Assembly (NCBI GenBank): GCA_002269645.1
Contig: NIVC01001286.1
Span: 1 to 64,000, forward strand
DNA from: Macrostomum lignano
Lineage: Eukaryota
Direction of reading: 5' to 3'
DNA length: 64,000 bases
Numbering within the stretch: the first letter of the stretch is position 1; each line of letters starts with the position of its first letter. The notes beneath the pieces were generated by a model. It was not told the origin of the DNA. It was given only the letters and a program-made list of their open reading frames with translations, and ran no database searches. Made by a program: the position numbers and the translations under genes. Below are positions 1 through 13,069 of this stretch, piece by piece.

Positions 1-3000
1 AGATCTATAGATTCTTAGAATCAGCCGAGAATCCTAGCCTAGCGAGATCTATAGATTCTTAGAATCAACCGAGAATCTTAGTCTAGCTAGATCTATAGAT
101 TCTTAGAATCAGCCGAGATCTTAGTCTAGCGAGATCTATAGATTCATAGAATCAGCCGAGAATCTTAGTCTAGCGAGATCTATAGATTCTTAGAATCAGC
201 CGAGAATCTTACTCTAGCGAGATCTATGATTCATAGAATCAGCCAAGATTCTTAGTCTAGCGAGATCTATAGATTCGAAGAATCAGCCGAGTCTTAGTCT
301 ACCGAGATCTATAGATTCTTAGAATCAGCCGAGAATCTTACTCTAGCGTGATCTATAGATTCAGAAAAATCTGCCGAGAATCCTAGCCTAGCGAGATCTA
401 TAGATTCTTAGAATCAGCGAGAATCCTAGCCTAGCGAGATCTATAGATTCTTAGAATCAACCGAGAATCTTAGTCTAGCTAGATCTATAGATTCTTAGAA
501 TCAGCCGAGAATCTTAGTCTAGCGAGATCTATAGATTCATAGAATCAGCCGAGAATCTTAGTCTAGCGAGATCTATAGATTCTTAGAATCAGCGAGAATC
601 TTACTCTAGCGAGATCTATAGATTCTTAGAATCAGCCGAGAATCTTACTCTAGCGAGATCTATAGATTCTTAGAATCAGCCGAGAATCTTACTCTAGCGA
701 GATCTATAGATTCTTAGAATCAGCCGAGAATCCTAGCCTGAGAGATCTATAGATTCTTAGAATCAGCCGAGAATCTTCTTAGTCTAGCGAGATCTATGGA
801 TTCTTAGAATCAGCCGAGAATCTTACTCTAGCGAGATCTATGGATTCTTAGAATCAGCCGACAATCTTAGTCTAGCGTGATCTATAGATTCTTAGAATCA
901 GCCGAGAATCTTACTCTAGCGAGATCTATATAGATTCTTAGAATCAGCCGAGAATCTTACTCTAGCGAGATCTATATAGATTCTTAGAATCAGCGAGAAT
1001 CTTACTCTAGCGAGATCTATAGATTCTTAGAATCAGCCGAGAATCCTAGCCTAGCGAGATCTATAGATTCTTAGAATCAACCGAGAATCCTAGCCTAGCG
1101 AGATCTATAGATTCATAGAATCAGCGAGAATCCTAGCCTAGCGAGATCTATAGATTCTTAGAATCAACCAAGATTCTTAGCCTAGCGAGATCTATAGATT
1201 CATAGAATCAGCCAAGATTCTTAGTCTAGCGAGATCTATAGATTCTTAGAATCAGCCGAGAATCTTACTCTAGCGTGATCTAAAGATTCTTAGTATCAGC
1301 CGAGTCTTAGTCTAGCAAGATCTATAGATTCATAGAATCAGCCGAGAATCTTAGTCTAGCGAGATCTATAGATTCTTAGAATCAGCCGAGAATCTTACTC
1401 TAGCGAGATCTATGATTCATAGAATCAGCCAAGATTCTTAGTCTAGCGAGATCTATAGATTCGAAGAATCAGCCGAGTCTTAGTCTACCGAGATCTATAG
1501 ATTCTTAGAATCAGCCGAGAATCTTACTCTAGCGTGATCTTTAGATTCAGAAAAATCTGCCGAGAATCCTAGCCTAGCGAGATCTATAGATTCTTAGAAT
1601 CAGCCGAGAATCCTAGCCTAGCGAGATCTATAGATTTTTAGAATCAACCGAGAATCTTAGTCTAGCTAGATCTATAGATTCTTAGAATCAGCCGAGAATC
1701 TTAGTCTAGCGAGATCTATAGATTCTTAGAATCAGCCGAGAATCTTACTCTAGCGAGATCTATAGATTCTTAGAATCAGCCGAGAATCTTACTCTAGCGA
1801 GATCTATAGATTCTTAGAATCAGCCGAGAATCTTACTCTAGCGAGATCTATAGATTCTTAGAATCAGCCGAGAATCCTAGCCTTGAGAGATCTGTAGATT
1901 CTTAGAATCAACCGAGAATCTTAGTCTAGCGAGATCTATAGATTCTTAGAATCAGCGAGAATCTTAGTCTAGCTAGATCTATAGATTCTTAGAATCAGCC
2001 GAGAATCTTCTTAGTCTAGCGAGATCTATAGATTCTTAGAATCAGCCGAGAATCTTACTCTAGCGAGATCTATGGATTCTTAGAATCAGCCGACAATCTT
2101 AGTCTAGCGTGATCTATAGATTCTTAGAATCAGCCGAGAATCTTACTCTAGCGAGATATATATAGATTCTTAGAATCAGCCGAGAATCTTACTCTAGCGA
2201 GATCTATATAGATTCTTAGAATCAGCCGAGAATCTTACTCTAGCGAGATCTATATAGATTCTTAGAATCAGCCGAGAATCTTACTCTAGCGAGATCTATA
2301 GATTCTTAGAATCAGCCGAGAATCCTAGCCTAGCGAGATCTATAGATTCTTAGAATCAACCGAGAATCCTAGCCTAGCGAGATCTATAGATTCATAGAAT
2401 CAGCCGAGAATCCTAGCCTAGCGAGATCTATAGATTCTTAGAATCAACCAAGATTCTTAGCCTAGCGAGATCTATAGATTCATAGAATCAGCCAAGATTC
2501 TTAGTCTAGCGAGATCTATAGATTCATAGAATCAGCCGAGAATCTTACTCTAGCGAGATCTATAGATTCATAGAATCAGCCAAGATTCTTAGTCTAGCGA
2601 GATCTATAGATTCTTAGAATCAGCCGAGAATCTTACTCTAGCGTGATCTATAGATTCAGAAAAATCTGCCGAGAATCCTAGCCTAGCGAGATCTATAGAT
2701 TCTTAGAATCAGCGAGAATCCTAGCCTAGCGAGATCTATAGATTTTAGAATCAACCGAGAATCTTAGTCTAGCTAGATCTATAGATTCTTAGAATCAGCC
2801 GAGAATCTTAGTCTAGCGAGATCTATAGATTCTTAGAATCAGCCGAGAATCTTACTCTAGCGAGATCTATAGATTCTTAGAATCAGCCGAGAATCTTACT
2901 CTAGCGAGATCTATAGATTCTTAGAATCAGCCGAGAATCTTACTCTAGCGAGATCTATAGATTCTTAGAATCAGCCGAGAATCTTACTCTAGCGAGATCT

Positions 3001-6000
3001 ATAGATTCTTAGAATCAGCCGAGAATCCTAGCCTGAGAGATCTGTAGATTCTTAGAATCAACCGAGAATCTTAGTCTAGCGAGATCTATAGATTCTTAGA
3101 ATCAGCCGAGAATCTTAGTCTAGCTAGATCTATAGATTCTTAGAATCAGCCGAGAATCTTCTTAGTCTAGCGAGATCTATAGATTCTTAGAATCAGCCGA
3201 GAATCTTACTCTAGCGAGATCTATGGATTCTTAGAATCAGCCGACAATCTTAGTCTAGCGTGATCTATAGATTCTTAGAATCAGCCGAGAATCTTACTCT
3301 AGCGAGATATATATAGATTCTTAGAATCAGCCGAGAATCTTACTCTAGCGAGATCTATATAGATTCTTAGAATCAGCCGAGAATCTTACTCTAGCGAGAT
3401 CTATATAGATTCTTAGAATCAGCCGAGAATCTTACTCTAGCGAGATCTATAGATTCTTAGAATCAGCCGAGAATCCTAGCCTAGCGAGATCTATAGATTC
3501 TTAGAATCAACCGAGAATCCTAGCCTAGCGAGATCTATAGATTCATAGAATCAGCCGAGAATCCTAGCCTAGCGAGATCTATAGATTCTTAGAATCAACC
3601 AAATTCTTAGCCTAGCGAGATCTATAGATTCATAGAATCAGCCAAGATTCTTAGTCTAGCGAGATCTATAGATTCTTAGAATCAGCCGAGAATCTTACTC
3701 TAGCGAGATCTATAGATTCTTAGAATCAGCCGAGAATCTTACTCTAGCGAGATCTATAGATTCTTAGAATCAGCCGAGAATCTTACTCTAGCGAGATCTA
3801 TAGATTCTTAGAATCAGCCGAGAATCCTAGCCTTGAGAGATCTATAGATTCTTAGAATCAGCCGAGAATCTTCTTAGTCTAGCGAGATCTATGGATTCTT
3901 AGAATCAGCCGAGAATCTTACTCTAGCGAGATCTATGGATTCTTAGAATCAGCCGACAATCTTAGTCTAGCGTGATCTATAGATTCTTAGAATCAGCCGA
4001 GAATCTTACTCTAGCGAGATCTATATAGATTCTTAGAATCAGCCGAGAATCTTACTCTAGCGAGATCTATATAGATTCTTAGAATCAGCCGAGAATCTTA
4101 CTCTAGCGAGATCTATAGATTCTTAGAATCAGCCGAGAATCCTAGCCTAGCGAGATCTATAGATTCTTAGAATCAACCGAGAATCCTAGCCTAGCGAGAT
4201 CTATAGATTCATAGAATCAGCCGAGAATCCTAGCCTAGCGAGATCTATAGATTCTTAGAATCAACCAAGATTCTTAGCCTAGCGAGATCTATAGATTCAT
4301 AGAATCAGCCAAGATTCTTAGTCTAGCGAGATCTATAGATTCTTAGAATCAGCCGAGAATCTTAGTCTAGCGTGATCTAAAGATTCTTAGTATCAGCCGA
4401 GTCTTAGTCTAGCAAGATCTATAGATTCATAGAATCAGCCGAGAATCTTAGTCTAGCGAGATCTATAGATTCTTAGAATCAGCCGAGAATCTTACTCTAG
4501 CGAGATCTATGATTCATAGAATCAGCCAAGATTCTTAGTCTAGCGAGATCTATAGATTCGAAGAATCAGCCGAGTCTTAGTCTACGAGATCTATAGATTC
4601 TTAGAATCAGCCGAGAATCTTACTCTAGCGTGATCTATAGATTCAGAAAAATCTGCCGAGAATCCTAGCCTAGCGAGATCTATAGATTCTTAGAATCAGC
4701 CGAGAATCCTAGCCTAGCGAGATCTATAGATTTTTAGAATCAACCGAGAATCTTAGTCTAGCTAGATCTATAGATTCTTAGAATCAGCCGAGAATCTTAG
4801 TCTAGCGAGATCTATAGATTCTTAGAATCAGCCGAGAATCTTACTCTAGCGAGATCTATAGATTCTTAGAATCAGCCGAGAATCTTACTCTAGCGAGATC
4901 TATAGATTCTTAGAATCAGCCGAGAATCTTACTCTAGCGAGATCTATAGATTCTTAGAATCAGCCGAGAATCCTAGCCTTGAGAGATCTGTAGATTCTTA
5001 GAATCAACCGAGAATCTTAGTCTAGCGAGATCTATAGATTCTTAGAATCAGCCGAGAATCTTAGTCTAGCTAGATCTATAGATTCTTAGAATCAGCCGAG
5101 AATCTTCTTAGTCTAGCGAGATCTATAGATTCTTAGAATCAGCCGAGAATCTTACTCTAGCGAGATCTATGGATTCTTAGAATCAGCCGACAATCTTAGT
5201 CTAGCGTGATCTATAGATTCTTAGAATCAGCCGAGAATCTTACTCTAGCGAGATATATATAGATTCTTAGAATCAGCCGAGAATCTTACTCTAGCGAGAT
5301 CTATATAGATTCTTAGAATCAGCCGAGAATCTTACTCTAGCGAGATCTATATAGATTCTTAGAATCAGCCGAGAATCTTACTCTAGCGAGATCTATAGAT
5401 TCTTAGAATCAGCCGAGAATCCTAGCCTAGCGAGATCTATAGATTCTTAGAATCAACCGAGAATCCTAGCCTAGCGAGATCTATAGATTCATAGAATCAG
5501 CCGAGAATCCTAGCCTAGCGAGATCTATAGATTCTTAGAATCAACCAAGATTCTTAGCCTAGCGAGATCTATAGATTCATAGAATCAGCCAAGATTCTTA
5601 GTCTAGCGAGATCTATAGATTCATAGAATCAGCCGAGAATCTTACTCTAGCGAGATCTATAGATTCATAGAATCAGCCAAGATTCTTAGTCTAGCGAGAT
5701 CTATAGATTCTTAGAATCAGCCGAGAATCTTACTCTAGCGTGATCTATAGATTCAGAAAAATCTGCCGAGAATCCTAGCCTAGCGAGATCTATAGATTCT
5801 TAGAATCAGCCGAGAATCCTAGCCTAGCGAGATCTATAGATTTTTAGAATCAACCGAGAATCTTAGTCTAGCTAGATCTATAGATTCTTAGAATCAGCCG
5901 AGAATCTTAGTCTAGCGAGATCTATAGATTCTTAGAATCAGCCGAGAATCTTACTCTAGCGAGATCTATAGATTCTTAGAATCAGCCGAGAATCTTACTC

Positions 6001-7050
6001 TAGCGAGATCTATAGATTCTTAGAATCAGCCGAGAATCTTACTCTAGCGAGATCTATAGATTCTTAGAATCAGCCGAGAATCTTACTCTAGCGAGATCTA
6101 TAGATTCTTAGAATCAGCCGAGAATCCTAGCCTTGAGAGATCTGTAGATTCTTAGAATCAACCGAGAATCTTAGTCTAGCGAGATCTATAGATTCTTAGA
6201 ATCAGCCGAGAATCTTAGTCTAGCTAGATCTATAGATTCTTAGAATCAGCCGAGAATCTTCTTAGTCTAGCGAGATCTATAGATTCTTAGAATCAGCCGA
6301 GAATCTTACTCTAGCGAGATCTATGGATTCTTAGAATCAGCCGACAATCTTAGTCTAGCGTGATCTATAGATTCTTAGAATCAGCCGAGAATCTTACTCT
6401 AGCGAGATATATATAGATTCTTAGAATCAGCCGAGAATCTTACTCTAGCGAGATCTATATAGATTCTTAGAATCAGCCGAGAATCTTACTCTAGCGAGAT
6501 CTATATAGATTCTTAGAATCAGCCGAGAATCTTACTCTAGCGAGATCTATAGATTCTTAGAATCAGCCGAGAATCCTAGCCTAGCGAGATCTATAGATTC
6601 TTAGAATCAACCGAGAATCCTAGCCTAGCGAGATCTATAGATTCATAGAATCAGCCGAGAATCCTAGCCTAGCGAGATCTATAGATTCTTAGAATCAACC
6701 AAGATTCTTAGCCTAGCGAGATCTATAGATTCATAGAATCAGCCAAGATTCTTAGTCTAGCGAGATCTATAGATTCATAGAATCAGCCGAGAATCTTACT
6801 CTAGCGAGATCTATAGATTCATAGAATCAGCCAAGATTCTTAGTCTAGCGAGATCTATAGATTCGAAGAATCAGCCAAGATTCTTACTCTAGCGAGATCT
6901 ATAGATTCATAGAATCAGCCAAGATTCTTAGTCTAGCGAGATCTATAGATTCTTAGAATCAGCCAAGATTCTTAGTCTAGCGAGATCTATAGATTCGAAG
7001 AATCAGCCAAGATTCTTAGTCTAGCGAGATCTGTAGTCTCTTAGAATCAG
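1..7050. repeat. 44-bp tandem satellite (consensus GAGATCTATAGATTCTTAGAATCAGCCGAGAATCTTAGTCTAGC) with higher-order structure; runs off the window start
   Basis: Continuous head-to-tail copies; rare variants recur at about 1.15-1.19 kb and about 3.1 kb spacing (e.g. TCGAAG at 275, 1461, 4558). Confidence 0.97.
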
Positions 7051-7774
7051 CCGAAAATAGCTGAAATATAGACCCTCAGCTATAGAAACATTATTAGAAC
7101 ATCTCCAGAAAAGGAATGCGGCACATCTAAAAGTCCAGGACAGGCTGGAACCAAGGTACAAAATTAGCTAATGCACGGAGGACAAACATCACACAGCTCG
7201 CCTCCAATCCACAGAGATCGATACAGCACTCTCCTTTCCTGCAGTTAGCTAGGCAGGACTGTCTGCTACAGTGAAACTATCGAAATAGCTTCGGCACTTG
7301 TGCAGCTCTCCATTCAAGACTTTTGAATACCCGCCCTGGTGGCAGTTCATTTGTCCATCTTTACTTTGCTACTGAAATATGCAATTATTGCCAAAAAACA
7401 CAATCGACCAATAGAAAAGAATCGATAAACTTCCTCTCCATATAGTTTAGTTTATAGCTAGTGTCTGTACGTACGCTATATAAGCTTTCAATTAATTTAG
7501 TTGGGCCTGAGCTGAAACGTAAGTAGCTATAACTCATCTAGGCGAGGAGGTGAACAGAATTGCAAGGAAACCGTTTTAACTAACCATCCTATAGTGTGTG
7601 CAGCCGTGTAGTTTGGAGGAAATTATCTGCATAAATTATTCAGCGTCAATACATACCTTTGCTTGCTTGGTAAGAAACACAAGTAGCTATGTAGAGCAGC
7701 TATATAACACAGAGCAGCAATTACCTAAAGACTAAGCGAGCATTTTATTAACAAAAACTATGCTGAAATACATC

Positions 7775-8432
7775 AGGTGCAACCTCGAATTGCTGAAGTT
7801 GTTGTCAGGAGCAATCCTGGGATGTCAGAAGTTGTTGTCAGGAGCAATCCTGGGATGTCAGAAGTTGTTGTCAGGAGCAATCCTGGGATGTCAGAAGTTG
7901 TTGTCAGGAGCAATCTAATGTCAAAAGTTGTTGTCAGGAGCAATCTTGGAATGTCAGAAGTTGTTGTCAGGAGCAATCTTGGAATGTCAGAAGTTGTTGT
8001 CAGGAGCAATCTTGAAATATCAGAAGTTGTTGTCAGGAGCAATCCTGGGATGTCAGAAGTTGTTGTCAGGAGCAATCCTGGGATGTCAGAAGTTGTTGTC
8101 AGGAGCAATCTTGGAATGTCAGAAGTTGTTGTCAGGAGCAATCCTGGATGTCAGAAGTTGTTGTCAGGAGCAATCATGGAATGTCAGAAGTTGTTGTCAG
8201 GAGCAATCCTAGGATGTCAGAAGTTGTTGTCAGGAGCAATCTTGGAATGTCAGAAGTTGCTGTTAGGAGCAATCCTGAGATGTCAGAAGTTGTTATCCGG
8301 AGCAATCATGGAATGTCAGAAGTTGTTGTCAGGAGCAATCCTGGGATGTCAGAAGTTGTTGTCAGGAGCAATCTTGGAATGTCAGAAGTTGTGGTCAGGA
8401 GCAATCTCCGAATGTCAGAACATTCTGTCAGG
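7775..8432. repeat. 33-bp minisatellite (GTCAGGAGCAATCCTGGGATGTCAGAAGTTGTT)n
   Basis: About 20 tandem copies; explains the periodic ORFs SEVVVRSNPGM / LLLTTTSDIPG. Confidence 0.95.
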
Positions 8433-8969
8433 AGACGGCCTTTGACCACCCCAAAAGACAGCATACAAAAGAAGTCCCTACTTTCAGTAATAAAAAACGA
8501 AAAATAAAAATGCAAGAAAACTGTCAGTGCAAATAGGACAGCTAATTTTTTTCAACACACAGCAGACAGAAGGTTGCACCATATAAATGCTTCAAGATAA
8601 CTGCACGATAAAGGTTTTATTTCATCATTTAATTAGCAGAAGACAATTTGACTACACGCAAAAATAGTGCGAAAATCCTTGAAATTCTACTGAAAACCTC
8701 AAGTCAGTAGTAAAATTCAAAATTGGTTTGCCAATTTTGCATGCGATTTTATAAGAAGACTTTCAGAGTCAGACTACCCCAGGATGATAAACGAAGACCG
8801 AATCGAAATTGTATTTTTTATAGAATCTTTTCCCGATTGTAGCTAATGATTTTGATGTATTGGCTGGCTTAGATGTACGAATTGACGAAAGATATCGAAT
8901 TAAATTGGTCACGTAGAGGACTGTCGCTTTGAAAGTTAGCAGACAGCAGTAAAATAGATAGACAGACAC

Positions 8970-8971
8970 AA

Positions 8972-9012
<41 letters not shown>

Positions 9013-9118
9013 CAAGGAGACACAAAGACAGGCAGACAGACATACATAAATACATACAGACAGACAGACAGACAGAGGCAGACACGAGACAGGTACACAG
9101 GCAGACAGACACACAGAC

Positions 9119-9155
<37 letters not shown>

Positions 9156-9208
9156 GGCACACAGGCAGACAGACAGACAGGCAGACAGATAAACAGAGGC
9201 AGAGAGGC

Positions 9209-9263
<55 letters not shown>

Positions 9264-9342
9264 GGCAGGCAGGCAGGCAGACAGACAGACAGACAGACAG
9301 ACAGATAGACAGACAGGCACACAGGCAGACAGACAGACAGGC

Positions 9343-9409
<67 letters not shown>

Positions 9410-9658
9410 TAGACAGACAGGCACACAGGCAGACAGACAGACAGGCAGACAGACAGACAGACAGACAGGCAGACAGACAGACAGACAGGCAGACAGACAG
9501 ACAGACAGACAGGCAGACAGACAGACAGACAGACAGACAGATAGACAGACAGGCACACAGGCAGACAGACAGGCAGGCAGACAGACAGACAGACAGGCAG
9601 ACAGACAGACAGACAGACAGGCAGACAGGCAGACAGACAGACAGACAGGCACACAGGC

Positions 9659-9691
<33 letters not shown>

Positions 9692-9790
9692 GGCACACAG
9701 GCAGACAGACAGACAGACAGACAGATAGACAGAGGCAGAGAGGCACAGACAGACAGACAGACAGACAGATAGACAGACAGGCACACAGGC

Positions 9791-9850
<60 letters not shown>

Positions 9851-9855
9851 GGACA
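8970..9855. repeat. (GACA)n microsatellite with GGCA variants
   Basis: Direct reading; produces spurious SVCL-repeat ORFs. Confidence 0.97.
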
Positions 9856-10019
9856 GTAATTACCCGATGGAAAATCTGGAGGGGTGTTGGAGGCTCACTT
9901 TTTGGTGCTAGCCTCTAATGATTTTTTTTATTTGGTTACACTAAACCAATGGGAGGCTAGAGGCTGGGTTAGAGGCTCGACTCTTGGGTGTCGCAGCCTC
10001 TAAAAATGACCCAGATTTG

Positions 10020-11420
10020 ATGCTTGCAATTTGAGGCTCGTATTGGAGGCTCAATTAGAGGCTGGCAATTTGAGGCTCGTATTGGAGGCTCAATTAGAGG
10101 CTGGCAATTTGAGGCTCGTATTGGAGGCTCAATTAGAGGCTGGCAATTTGAGGCTCGTATTGGAGGCTCAATTAGAGGCTGGCAATTTGAGGCTCATATT
10201 GGAGGCTCAATTAGAGGCTGGCAATTTGAGGCTCGTATTGGAGGCTCAATTAGAGGCTGGCAATTTGAGGCTCGTATTGGAGGCTCAATTAGAGGCTGGC
10301 AATTTGAGGCTCGTATTGGAGGCTCAATTAGAGGCTGGCAATTTGAGGCTCGTTTTGGAGGCTCAATTAGAGACTGGCAATTTGAGGCTCGTTTTGGAGG
10401 CTCAATTAGAGGCTGGCGATTTGATGCTCAGTTAGAGGCTGAATTAGAGGCTCAATTAGAGGCTGGCGATTTGATGCTCAGTTAGAGGCTGAATTAGAGG
10501 CTCAATTAGAGGCTGGCGATTTGATGCTCAGTTAGAGGCTCAATTAGAGGCTCAATTAGAGGCTGGCGATTTGATGCTCAGTTAGAGGCTGAATTAGAGG
10601 CTCAATTAGAGGCTGGCGATTTGATGCTCAGTTAGAGGCTGAATTAGAGGCTGAATTAGAGGCTGGCGATTTGATGCTCAGTTAGAGGCTGAATTAGAGG
10701 CTCAATTAGAGGCTCAATTAGAGGCTGGCGATTTGATGCTCAGTTAGAGGCTGAATTAGAGGCTCAATTAGAGGCTGGCGATTTGATGCTTAGTTAGAGG
10801 CTGAATTAGAGGCTCAATTAGAGGCTGGCGATTTGATGCTCAGTTAGAGGCTGAATTAGAGGCTCAATTAGAGGCTCAATTAGAGGCTGGCGATTTGATG
10901 CTCAGTTAGAGGCTCAATTAGAGGCTCAATTAGAGGCTCAATTAGAGGCTGGCGATTTGATGCTCAGTTAGAGGCTCAATTAGAGGCTCAATTAGAGGCT
11001 CAATTAGAGGCTGGCGATTTGATGCTCAGTTAGAGGCTCAATTAGAGGCTCAATTAGAGGCTCAATTAGAGGCTGGCGATTTGATGCTCAGTTAGAGGCT
11101 CAATTAGAGGCTCAATTAGAGGCTCAATTAGAGGCTGGCGATTTGATGCTCAGTTAGAGGCTCAATTAGAGGCTCAATTAGAGGCTCAATTAGAGGCTCA
11201 ATTAGAGGCTGGCGATTTGATGCTCAGTTAGAGGCTCAATTAGAGGCTCAATTAGAGGCTGGCGATTTGATGCTCAGTTAGAGGCTCAATTAGAGGCTCA
11301 ATTAGAGGCTGGCGATTTGATGCTCAGTTAGAGGCTGAATTAGAGGCTCAATTAGAGGCTGGCGATTTGATGCTCAGTTAGAGGCTCAATTAGAGGCTCA
11401 ATTAGAGGCTGGCGATTTAT
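10020..11420 (+). repeat. Left subterminal array of the TIR element (39-bp units, then variable units built from AGAGGCTCAATT modules)
   Basis: Tandem GAGGCT-containing modules. Confidence 0.93.
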
Positions 11421-11481
11421 TAATAAGCTACGATTAATAAAACGAAAGAAAGAAAGAAAGAAAGAGGCTGGTTTCTTTTTA

Positions 11482-11950
11482 CGAGGGATGTGTCATAAAT
11501 CTGCTGACAAACATCTCTAGTTTCTTTTGTATTTTTTTACTTGAGTTTATACTTTAGCCTAGGACTCTAGGGCTCATGACAGTTATGTCTATGGAAAATA
11601 TTACTTCTAGCCTTCATATAAGACAGAAAATCCTGTATCTTTCTACCTCCACCTCTACCTCTAGCATCTACCTCTGATGAGAACATCCAGCGGGTGCTCT
11701 TAGAGAAAATTAAAGAGCCACTTCGTGGTCACTGCTATGGAAGCCTTTCTGCTTTTGGCTCTGCGATCAACCAGTGGTTGCGAAGTGTCCCCAGAAAATT
11801 CTTCGCCCAGGGCCTCGACAAGCTGCCTGAAAGATGGCACAAATGTGTTCAGCTTTGGGGTGACTATGTTGAGAAGTGTGACATTGATTATTAAGAGTTT
11901 CTTTTTTTACTTGTTTAATAGTCACATTTGTCAGCGAATCACAATCCTCG
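11482..11950 (+). mobile_element. Internally deleted Tc1/mariner element (about 470 bp) nested in the CACTA-like element
   Basis: TA|CGAGGGATGTG...GCTGACAAA at left and TTTGTCAGC...CACAATCCTCG|TA at right (imperfect TIRs, TA TSD). ORF 11694-11894 (KIKEPLRG...INQWLRSVPRKFFAQGLDKLPERWHKCVQLWGDYVEK) matches the mariner transposase C-terminus. Confidence 0.85.
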
Positions 11951-11979
11951 TACCGTTATCAGTTCTTACGTTTCGCCTA

Positions 11980-13059
11980 CTACAACACGGCCTCGGTCTC
12001 GCCACCGGCCTCGGTCTCGCCACCGGCCTCCGTCCCGCCACCGGCCTCTGTCCCGCCACCGGCCTCCGTCCCGCCACCGGCCTCCGTCTCGCCACCGGCC
12101 TCCGTCCCGCCACCGGCCTCCGTCTCGCCATCGGCCTCCGTCCCGCCACCGGTCTCGGTCTCGCCACCGGCCTCCGTCCCGCCACCGGCCTCCGTCCCGC
12201 CACCGGCCTCCGTCTCGCCACCGGCCTCCGTCCCGCCACCGGCCTCCGTCTCGCCACCGGCCTCCGTCTCGCCATCGGCCTCCGTCCCGCCACCGGCCTC
12301 CGTCTCGCCACCGGCGCCCGATAGTTTACTGCGGCCGTAAGCGGCGAGGCGATTGAAGTAAAGTGACAGGCGGCTTGGGTCTAGGCCGTTCGATTTAACG
12401 AATTGAATGACGGCCTCTTTCTGCATCGGGTCGACGGCCGACCGGTTGGTGCCATTCTTTACCTTTCGTCCTTCCCAGACACACGTCTGAAGCTGCTCCT
12501 CAGAGAAGACAGCCCGCAGTATTGTGGAGTAAGCGACGCCAAGTAGGCGCTTTCGTTGAGCAACTTCCTTGGCATCGTGGTATCTCTTGATGGCTGTTTC
12601 AATACCGCGCATGCTGTCGTCCGTCACTTTTACGGTGGGGAACGCGTCAATGAGGGCGACCTTCTGTATCAAAGACACCGGTTTTTTGATAGTGGTGCTA
12701 CCGGACGTACTGTCACTCGCACGAGTGTTAACAGCCAAGGTGATCCCTAAGGACTCCACTTCAGTGGCCATGGAGGAGTCAACTATTGTGGCTGGCGAGT
12801 CGGAGCAGAATTCCGCCATCTTGGCGAGCTCGGTGCGTGCACGCGCGTGGATTTTGTTCGCGTCCTCTAGCATTTTATCAACCGATGAGATGATCCGCAC
12901 CGAGTTTCGGAAGGAAGTACAAGTCTGCCGATACTCGAGGGCAAGCTGGTGCAAATCAGCCTTCATGCTGGATACTTTTCCTTCGACAGACTGCGCCTCC
13001 GTGTCATGGTCACGTGAAAGCTCATCCAATGCCGCCTGGAGCCTCTCCTTGTCTTCCAT
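11980..13059 (-). CDS. Transposon-borne coiled-coil + BEN-domain-like protein (359 aa) with an acidic GGETEA-repeat tail
   Basis: Intact ORF with N-terminal coiled coil. Segment ILRAVFSEEQLQTCVWEGRKVKNGTNRSAVDPMQKEAVIQFVK fits the BEN pattern (LLxxxFxxxxLxxxxxxG...LD...AV..F). The tail is encoded by an 18-bp minisatellite (about 11990-12315). Confidence 0.65.
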   Translation of the reverse strand: MEDKERLQAALDELSRDHDTEAQSVEGKVSSMKADLHQLALEYRQTCTSFRNSVRIISSVDKMLEDANKIHARARTELAKMAEFCSDSPATIVDSSMATEVESLGITLAVNTRASDSTSGSTTIKKPVSLIQKVALIDAFPTVKVTDDSMRGIETAIKRYHDAKEVAQRKRLLGVAYSTILRAVFSEEQLQTCVWEGRKVKNGTNRSAVDPMQKEAVIQFVKSNGLDPSRLSLYFNRLAAYGRSKLSGAGGETEAGGGTEADGETEAGGETEAGGGTEAGGETEAGGGTEAGGGTEAGGETETGGGTEADGETEAGGGTEAGGETEAGGGTEAGGGTEAGGGTEAGGETEAGGETEAVL

Positions 13060-13069
13060 GAGTGCTGTG

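Noticed and set aside
1-7050. Possible CRISPR array or other repeat-spacer system
   Set aside because: Monomers are contiguous with no unique spacers, the context is eukaryotic, and there are no cas genes. The same applies to the other arrays.
7330-7346. CTCF-like motif CCGCCCTGGTGGCAG at the satellite boundary
   Set aside because: A single short imperfect match; the taxon is uncertain and may lack CTCF.
7773-9786. Long ORFs (SEVVVRSNPG, LSVC/SVCL repeats)
   Set aside because: Translations of stop-free tandem repeats and microsatellites, open in several frames on both strands; no unique coding context.
11670-11715. Hammerhead-like CTGATGA...GAAA
   Set aside because: Stem II pairing is poor, no flanking stems were found, and it lies inside the mariner remnant.
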